A DNA stretch of 64,000 nt from Treponemataceae bacterium (GTDB lineage Bacteria > Spirochaetota > Spirochaetia > Treponematales > Rectinemataceae): contig CAXXVZ010000003.1 of the NCBI GenBank assembly GCA_963678065.2, positions 1,536,001-1,600,000 on the forward strand, read 5' to 3'. The notes beneath the pieces were generated by a model. It made no database searches and was not told the DNA's origin. It worked only from the letters and a program-made list of their open reading frames with translations. A program made the position numbers and the translations under genes. Every line of letters starts with the position of its first letter. The stretch's first letter is position 1. Shown here piece by piece: positions 58,296 to 64,000 of the stretch.

Positions 58296-59186
58296 TCAGG
58301 TTCTCATCGCTTTGGCTGAAGTCGATACCCCTCTGTACTCCGAAGGGCTCTGTCCGAAAAACTGTCTGAACCTGCGGGAGAAATAATTGCTATCGTCGAA
58401 GCCCGAGTCGTAGGCGATATCCGTGACAGGCCGCTGTCCCCGACGAAGGAGCCCGGCGGCATATTCCAGTCTGGTCCTGATGATGTACTCGACGGGCGAC
58501 GTGCCGTAGTTTCGCACGAAAAGACGGGATAAATGCCTCGCGGAAAGCCCCGAAACCTCACAGAGGGTCCGAAGCGAGATGTCGCCGGTAAAACTCTTTT
58601 CTATCATGCTCACCGCCTTGGCCAGTTTCAGCAGACTGGATGATGTATCCTCGTCGGGAGAGCGGTAATTCCGGGACAAAAAAACGACCAATTTCAGAAA
58701 GCAGCCCACGAGCAGGGACTCGTAACCCTCCCGTCTGGCCTCGAATTCCGAGAGCATTTCATCGATCATGCTCTCGGCCAGACGCAGTTCGTGTATGGGC
58801 AGCCTGCCGGCCGGAGTGAAAGTCTGACTTCTGGGATTTCCCTGAGCCAGGGCATCGAGGATGAACAGACTCTGGAAGCCGGGAATGGTTTTGACGTCGC
58901 TCCGCAGGGTCGAAAAGAGCTCGGCATTGTAGGATATGTTGCACATGCTGAGGTTGTCCGCCTCGCCGAAGCCGTGTACGGCGCCGGGGTTGAAGACGTG
59001 GATGTCCCCGGCTTTCGCGAAATGTTCGAATTTGTCGATGCGGTGTATGCCGGTCCCGCCCAGGATGATGACCAGTTCGGAAAAATCGTGGCTGTGATCG
59101 GGGAATCGGCCGTTGACGCAGGCTTTTCCGATATGAAACAGGAAGGGAGAAGTTCCGACAGTATCTTTGAGGCGGAATTCTTTCAT
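58296..59186 (-). CDS. AraC-family regulator (RhaS/RhaR-like)
   Basis: HSHDFSELVII cupin; GFDDSNYFSRRF. Confidence 0.9.
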   Translation of the reverse strand: MKEFRLKDTVGTSPFLFHIGKACVNGRFPDHSHDFSELVIILGGTGIHRIDKFEHFAKAGDIHVFNPGAVHGFGEADNLSMCNISYNAELFSTLRSDVKTIPGFQSLFILDALAQGNPRSQTFTPAGRLPIHELRLAESMIDEMLSEFEARREGYESLLVGCFLKLVVFLSRNYRSPDEDTSSSLLKLAKAVSMIEKSFTGDISLRTLCEVSGLSARHLSRLFVRNYGTSPVEYIIRTRLEYAAGLLRRGQRPVTDIAYDSGFDDSNYFSRRFRQFFGQSPSEYRGVSTSAKAMRT

Positions 59187-59276
59187 AATGGCCGAATTGT
59201 GCTACTCTCCGTCTCTGCAGTCAAGGCACTTATCCGGATTGGCCCCACTATGGACGAGGCATTCCGGAGGTAAACC

Positions 59277-60350
59277 ATGAGCGAGATCGCGAAGGAGAAA
59301 TGGCAGGCGACGCAGGAACGGCACCGGGCCTGGTGGCGGCGCGAGGGTTTCGTGCTGTCGCGCTGGACGCCGTACGTGGATGGTGCGTGCAGAAAGCCCC
59401 GACCGGCGGGGGTTTCGCTGTCCCGTTACTGGAACGATGTCGACATGATAGCCGAACGGGTGGCGCGGGAAGCGGCCTGCACCGAATACCCCGGAGACAT
59501 CCCTCCGATAGCCGATTTTTCCGGCTGGGGCCCAGGTACGCTCGCGATGTATCTCGGCTCAAAGCCGGATTTCGCCGCAGATACTGTCTGGTTCTTTCCC
59601 CGCGAGGACGATACCGGGGAGTGGCCGCCTTTCCGCTTCGATCCGGACAACGAATGGTGGCTCCTCCACGAGAAAACCCTGAAGGCATTGGTGAAAGCGG
59701 CGGATGGCCGATACCTCATCGGCTGTCCTGATCTGGTGGAGAATCTCGATACCCTGGCCTCATTGCGCGAAATTCAGCTTCTCATGATCGATATGATCGA
59801 ACGGCCGGAATGGGTGGAAGAGAAAATCCGCGAGATAAACGGCGTGTGGTTCGAGACCTACAGGCGGATCCGGGATATCGTGGCGGCCCCGGACGGATCG
59901 AGCGCCTACCAGGCCTTCGGTCTCTGGGGCGACGGCAGGACGGCCAAGCTGCAGTGCGACGCGTCGGCGATGATAAGCGAGGAGATGTTCGACCGCTTCG
60001 TCCTTCCTTCCCTGAGCGAGCAGGCCGCCTGGCTCGACAACGCACTCTACCACCTGGACGGAACCCAGGCGATCCGGCATCTGGACAGCCTTCTGTCGAT
60101 CCCGGGGCTCGACGCGATCGAGTGGACGCCCCAGGCCGGCATCGAGGATGGCGGCGATCCGCGATGGTACGACCTCTACAGGAGAATTCTCGCGGCCGGC
60201 AAGGCGGTGCAGGCAGTTCATGTGCGGGCGACGGAGGTCATTCCCCTTCTGGATGCCATCGGCACCGAAGGCGTCTATCTGCACCTGAGCGGCGTGGATA
60301 CGGCCCGGGAGTTCGAAGAAATCTGTGACACTGTCCGCATGAGGTTCTGA
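59277..60350 (+). CDS. URO-D/methyltransferase-fold-like hypothetical protein
   Basis: LQCDASAMIS..MFDRFVLP, YHLDG, IEWTP motifs. Confidence 0.7.
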   Translation: MSEIAKEKWQATQERHRAWWRREGFVLSRWTPYVDGACRKPRPAGVSLSRYWNDVDMIAERVAREAACTEYPGDIPPIADFSGWGPGTLAMYLGSKPDFAADTVWFFPREDDTGEWPPFRFDPDNEWWLLHEKTLKALVKAADGRYLIGCPDLVENLDTLASLREIQLLMIDMIERPEWVEEKIREINGVWFETYRRIRDIVAAPDGSSAYQAFGLWGDGRTAKLQCDASAMISEEMFDRFVLPSLSEQAAWLDNALYHLDGTQAIRHLDSLLSIPGLDAIEWTPQAGIEDGGDPRWYDLYRRILAAGKAVQAVHVRATEVIPLLDAIGTEGVYLHLSGVDTAREFEEICDTVRMRF

Positions 60351-60389
60351 ACCGCTGCGCCATCGGATACGGAAACCAAAAAGTTTTTC

Positions 60390-60452
60390 TTGACAGAAAG
60401 GGTAAACGGGTTTTATAGTTCTCCGTAACCGGTTACGTAACCGGTTACGGAG
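60390..60452 (+). promoter_or_regulatory. Sigma70 promoter plus tandem LacI-type operator
   Basis: TTGACA-18-TATAGT, followed by the perfect 32-bp palindrome CTCCGTAACCGGTTACGTAACCGGTTACGGAG. Confidence 0.82.
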
Positions 60453-60456
60453 CAGC

Positions 60457-61467
60457 ATGGATCAGGTCAAAGTGACGATTGCAGACATTGCCAAACGGGC
60501 TGACGTTTCAAAGACAACAGTCTCGAGGGTTCTCAACAACAAACCCGATGTCGACAGCGCGACGCGAAAACTGATACTCGGCATCATCGAAGAGACTGGC
60601 TTCGTGCCTCAGGCATCGGCCATAAAACTGGCGAAGGGAAAGACACACATGATCGGACTCCTTGTCCCTTCGCTGACGAATCCCTACAGCCTCACGGTAA
60701 TCCAGGGCGTGGCCGAGGCGATCGCGGAGACGGAATATGAACTGCTCCTCTATACGACGAGTCTCGCGGAGAAAAACCAGGAACGCTTCATGCAGAAGCT
60801 CACGCACAACCTCGCCGATGGCCTGGTCGTGCTTCTGCCAAGGAATTTCGAAGATTATGTGAATGTGCTTCCCAAGACGCATTTTCCGGTCGTTTTGATC
60901 GACCACCGGGGAGTGGGCCCCGAGTATCCCAGCATAACGGCAGCCAACCGGGCAGGCGCTTTCGAGGCGGCGAAGTACCTGATTTCCCTGGGGCATCGCC
61001 GAATCGGGTTCATCACGGGATTGATGGATTTCGGATGTTCGCGGGATCGCCTCGACGGGTATCGCGGAGCCCTTTGCGAGGCTGGCATCGAATTCGACCC
61101 CCCTCTCGTGCGAAACGGGGATTTTTCGAGACAGAGCGGGTACGCCTGTTCGATGGAGCTGCTCAAGGCGCAGGACAGGCCGAGCGCGATTTTCTGCTCG
61201 AACGACGAGATGGCTTTCGGCGCGATCGCCGCGGCCGGAGCCTTGGGTCTCAGGATTCCGGAAGATCTCTCCGTCGTAGGTTTCGACGATCTCCCCAACG
61301 CCGCTTTTTCCGTTCCCGCCCTCACGACTGTCCGGCAGCCTCTGTACGAGATGGGGCGGATCGCGGCCGATTCCCTGCTCCGTCAAATCGACGGCGAGGC
61401 CCCGCACGAAGGCGAAATTGTGCTGGAGACCAGCCTGATACTGCGAGATTCATGCGCAAAGCATTGA
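60457..61467 (+). CDS. LacI-family regulator
   Basis: TIADIAKRADVSKTTVSRVLN; SVVGFDD. Confidence 0.95.
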   Translation: MDQVKVTIADIAKRADVSKTTVSRVLNNKPDVDSATRKLILGIIEETGFVPQASAIKLAKGKTHMIGLLVPSLTNPYSLTVIQGVAEAIAETEYELLLYTTSLAEKNQERFMQKLTHNLADGLVVLLPRNFEDYVNVLPKTHFPVVLIDHRGVGPEYPSITAANRAGAFEAAKYLISLGHRRIGFITGLMDFGCSRDRLDGYRGALCEAGIEFDPPLVRNGDFSRQSGYACSMELLKAQDRPSAIFCSNDEMAFGAIAAAGALGLRIPEDLSVVGFDDLPNAAFSVPALTTVRQPLYEMGRIAADSLLRQIDGEAPHEGEIVLETSLILRDSCAKH

Positions 61468-61492
61468 ATTTTCCCTATAAGGAGGGAGAGAG

Positions 61493-62782
61493 ATGAAGAG
61501 ATTCGCTGCGGTGTTCTTCTGTCTGCTGTTTGCCCTGGACGGTGCCTTCCTCGTTGCCGGCAACGCTCAGGCGACAAAAACCTTGACTGTCTGGGACATC
61601 TATCCCGAGGGAGCTCCCTTCAGGAAGGTGCTCGACGGCGCGATAGACCGTTTCAAGGCGGCCAATCCAGGTTTCAGCGTAAATGTCGTGAGTTACGGCG
61701 ACATGAACAACTACAAGACAAAATTCGCCACCATGATGGCCGCAGGCGCGAGGGATGTCGACATTTTCCAGACATGGGGCGGCGGCCAGCTGGCCACCTA
61801 CGCGCGCCGGGGACAGGTACTCAATCTCACGCCTGCCATGAAAAAGGATGACTGGAGCGCGCGATTCTCCGACGCAGCCCTCGACTTCGTCACGGCGGAC
61901 GATATGATCTGGGGCGTCCCGGTGGAGCTGGCCAACGTCCTCTTCTATTACAACAAACCGATGTTCGCGAAATACGGCATCAAGGTCCCGACCACCTTCG
62001 ACGAGCTCCTTTCCGCCTGCCAGACCCTGAAAAGCAACGGAATCATCCCGATAGCCCTCTCGCTCAACAAGGCGGAGTGGGTAGGTGACCTCTTCTACCA
62101 GTATCTCGTGACGCGGATCGGCGGGCTCGACCCCTTCCGCAAGGCCATCGCCCGCGAGCCGGGTGGAACCTTCAAGGATCCGGCCTTCATCGAAGCGGCC
62201 AGGCTTTTGCAGAAAATGGTCGACACAGGCTGCTTCCAGGAGGGATTCCTCGGCGCGGAGTATGCCTCCATGCGACAGCTGCTCGCCCAGGAAAAGGCCG
62301 GAATGATCCTCATGGGATCATGGCTGCCCGGCCAGCTCGCGACCGAAGCTCCCGCCTTCCTCCCCAAAATGGACTATTTCCGCTTCCCGATGGTCTCTGG
62401 CGGCAAGGGCAGGATCACGGACGTCGTGGGCGGCACGAACGCCGCATTTGCGGTCACGAAAACCTCCAAGTACCAGAACGAAGCCCTGGCTTTAGTCAAG
62501 GAGTTTTCCTCCGAGAAGACGGCTGCCGATGTGCTGAACGTGGCGAAACGGCTTCCGGCCGTGAAGTACAGCTACGATCCGGCGAATGTCGCGCCGCTCA
62601 CCATCAAGGTGGCCAACGAGTTGAACAACTCGACCGGCATCCAGCTGTATTACGACCAATCCTCGACGCCGAGCGTCGCGCAGACCCACCTCTCCGGCAT
62701 AGCGGCCCTGTATGCGAAGACGACGACACCGGAAAAGATGGTCGCGGAGTGGGAAGCCGCGGCTGAAAAAGAACTGAAGTGA
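61493..62782 (+). CDS. Sugar ABC substrate-binding protein
   Basis: Signal peptide; DIFQTWGGG, YNKPMF, PTTFDEL, MGSW. Confidence 0.9.
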   Translation: MKRFAAVFFCLLFALDGAFLVAGNAQATKTLTVWDIYPEGAPFRKVLDGAIDRFKAANPGFSVNVVSYGDMNNYKTKFATMMAAGARDVDIFQTWGGGQLATYARRGQVLNLTPAMKKDDWSARFSDAALDFVTADDMIWGVPVELANVLFYYNKPMFAKYGIKVPTTFDELLSACQTLKSNGIIPIALSLNKAEWVGDLFYQYLVTRIGGLDPFRKAIAREPGGTFKDPAFIEAARLLQKMVDTGCFQEGFLGAEYASMRQLLAQEKAGMILMGSWLPGQLATEAPAFLPKMDYFRFPMVSGGKGRITDVVGGTNAAFAVTKTSKYQNEALALVKEFSSEKTAADVLNVAKRLPAVKYSYDPANVAPLTIKVANELNNSTGIQLYYDQSSTPSVAQTHLSGIAALYAKTTTPEKMVAEWEAAAEKELK

Positions 62783-62792
62783 GGTCAGTGAC

Positions 62793-63716
62793 ATGACAAT
62801 GCGACGCCGGATTTCAGGCGACACCCTATCGACAGTGACGCTGTTCCTGATCCCGGCGTTCGCACTGTACATGCTCATGATCGTCATCCCTGTATTCCAG
62901 TCCTTCAGGTTCAGCCTCTACCGTTGGGATGGCTTGGGTCCCCTGACCAGATTCATAGGCGGGGGGAACTATCTGGAGCTTCTGGGCGATCCCGTCTTCT
63001 GGAAATCCTTCCAGAACAACATCATCCTTTTGGTGTTTTCCCTCGTGACCCAGATGCCCTGTGCCATCCTCCTCGCCGTCCTTCTGACCGGCAAAATCCG
63101 GATGAAAAGCTTTTTCAGGACGACGTTTTTCGCCCCGCAGATCATATCGACCGTCGCGACAGGCTACCTGTTCTACTACATCTACGAACCGACCTTCGGC
63201 CTCCTGAACCAGCTGCTCAGGGCTCTCAATCTCGGGCAGTTTGCGAAAGGATGGCTCGGAGACACGCACCTGGCCCTCTATGCGGTGCTCTTAGTCATCA
63301 GCTGGCGATTCGTCGGCTTCTATATGGTGCTGTTCATGGCCTCCATCGAAGGGATTCCGACGGAGCTTTTCGAGGCCGCCACCATGGACGGCTGCAGCAA
63401 ATGGATGACTGTCAGAAAAATAACCCTGCCGCTGCTTCGCGGCACCATCAAGACGGCCTGCGTCCTGTCCATCGTGGGATCCATCAAGTATTTCGACCTG
63501 ATCTGGATAATGACGGCCGGAGGCCCCGCCCACTCGAGCGACCTGATCGCGACCTACATGTACAAAAAAACCTTCCTCTCCTGGGAGGTCGGCTATGGCT
63601 CGGCCCTCGCCTTCACCCTGTTCGCGATCGCGTTCATCCTGTCGACCGTCTTCATGCGTTTCACGTCGAAGGACGGGACCGAGGCGCCACCGCGCCCCAG
63701 GGGCGGGCTGAAATGA
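62793..63716 (+). CDS. Sugar ABC permease
   Basis: ELFEAATMDG, MTAGGP, GYGSA. Confidence 0.92.
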   Translation: MTMRRRISGDTLSTVTLFLIPAFALYMLMIVIPVFQSFRFSLYRWDGLGPLTRFIGGGNYLELLGDPVFWKSFQNNIILLVFSLVTQMPCAILLAVLLTGKIRMKSFFRTTFFAPQIISTVATGYLFYYIYEPTFGLLNQLLRALNLGQFAKGWLGDTHLALYAVLLVISWRFVGFYMVLFMASIEGIPTELFEAATMDGCSKWMTVRKITLPLLRGTIKTACVLSIVGSIKYFDLIWIMTAGGPAHSSDLIATYMYKKTFLSWEVGYGSALAFTLFAIAFILSTVFMRFTSKDGTEAPPRPRGGLK

Positions 63717-64000
63717 GCCGCGCCGCATCGCCCGAGGTCAGGGACTCGAGCCTTCTCGGAAAGACTGCCCTCTATGCCTTCCTTGCAATCTGTCTCTTCT
63801 TCACGGCCTTTCCGCTCGTCTGGCTTTTCTACAGCTCGTTCAAGACGCAAACGGAGATTTTTGCCAACGTCTTCTCCCTTCCGGGAAGACCGGATTTTGG
63901 AAATTTTCTCCACATCTGGGGATCGAGCAGCTTCCCCCGCTATTACCTGAACAGCGTCTTCGTGTCCTGCGCCTCCGTGCTGGGAATACTCGCGATTTCT
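63713..64000 (+). CDS. Sugar ABC permease (3' end outside the window)
   Basis: ATGA overlap; FPLVWLFYSSFKT...YYLNSVFVS. Confidence 0.85.
   Translation, partial: MSRAASPEVRDSSLLGKTALYAFLAICLFFTAFPLVWLFYSSFKTQTEIFANVFSLPGRPDFGNFLHIWGSSSFPRYYLNSVFVSCASVLGILAIS

Noticed and set aside
1..64000. CRISPR array, rRNA/tRNA, prophage or intact transposase
   Set aside because: No spaced direct repeats, RNA gene signatures, or phage/transposase motifs seen; Uma2 alone is not evidence of a defence system

Overview
A GC-rich bacterial chromosomal segment. It is probably from a free-living spirochaete (Treponema/Rectinema-like); this is inferred from the rpsP-khpA-rimM-trmD-rplS...yraN order and a spirochaete-type conserved ORF. 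Contents in order: AraC/DUF2000-remnant/DMT; cbpA-cbpM; eamA; a YesMN-type two-component system with a pectic-oligosaccharide-type ABC importer and two esterase-like hydrolases; an ABC-2 exporter; a sulfur cluster (metY, Rrf2, cysK, ttcA, an HTH-less Rrf2 copy, ThiF/MoeB, cysteine desulfurase, broken metB/metI); a TetR mini-operon; M28 peptidase; MenA/DmkA-like prenyltransferase; DUF438-PAS protein; Uma2; gltBD; fur-feoAB with a near-consensus Fur box; GH36 alpha-galactosidase; the rpsP-rplS operon; dus; a PadR-led modABC-xdhC-yqeC-yqeB-csd-selD-DUF3343-yedF (Mo/Se cofactor) operon followed by a decayed partial duplicate; and an AraC/URO-D-like/LacI/sugar ABC locus. Strongest observations: (i) a shared ~20-bp palindrome at three sulfur-gene promoters, together with an in-frame HTH-deleted Rrf2 paralog that keeps its three Cys; (ii) a PadR operator conserved in front of the Mo/Se operon and its decayed duplicate; (iii) several internal deletions, some at visible microhomologies; (iv) a recurrent leaderless promoter architecture; (v) a nested-stem ~160-nt intergenic element. 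No rRNA, tRNA, CRISPR array or intact transposase was recognised. All family assignments come from motif recognition by eye, not database searches.
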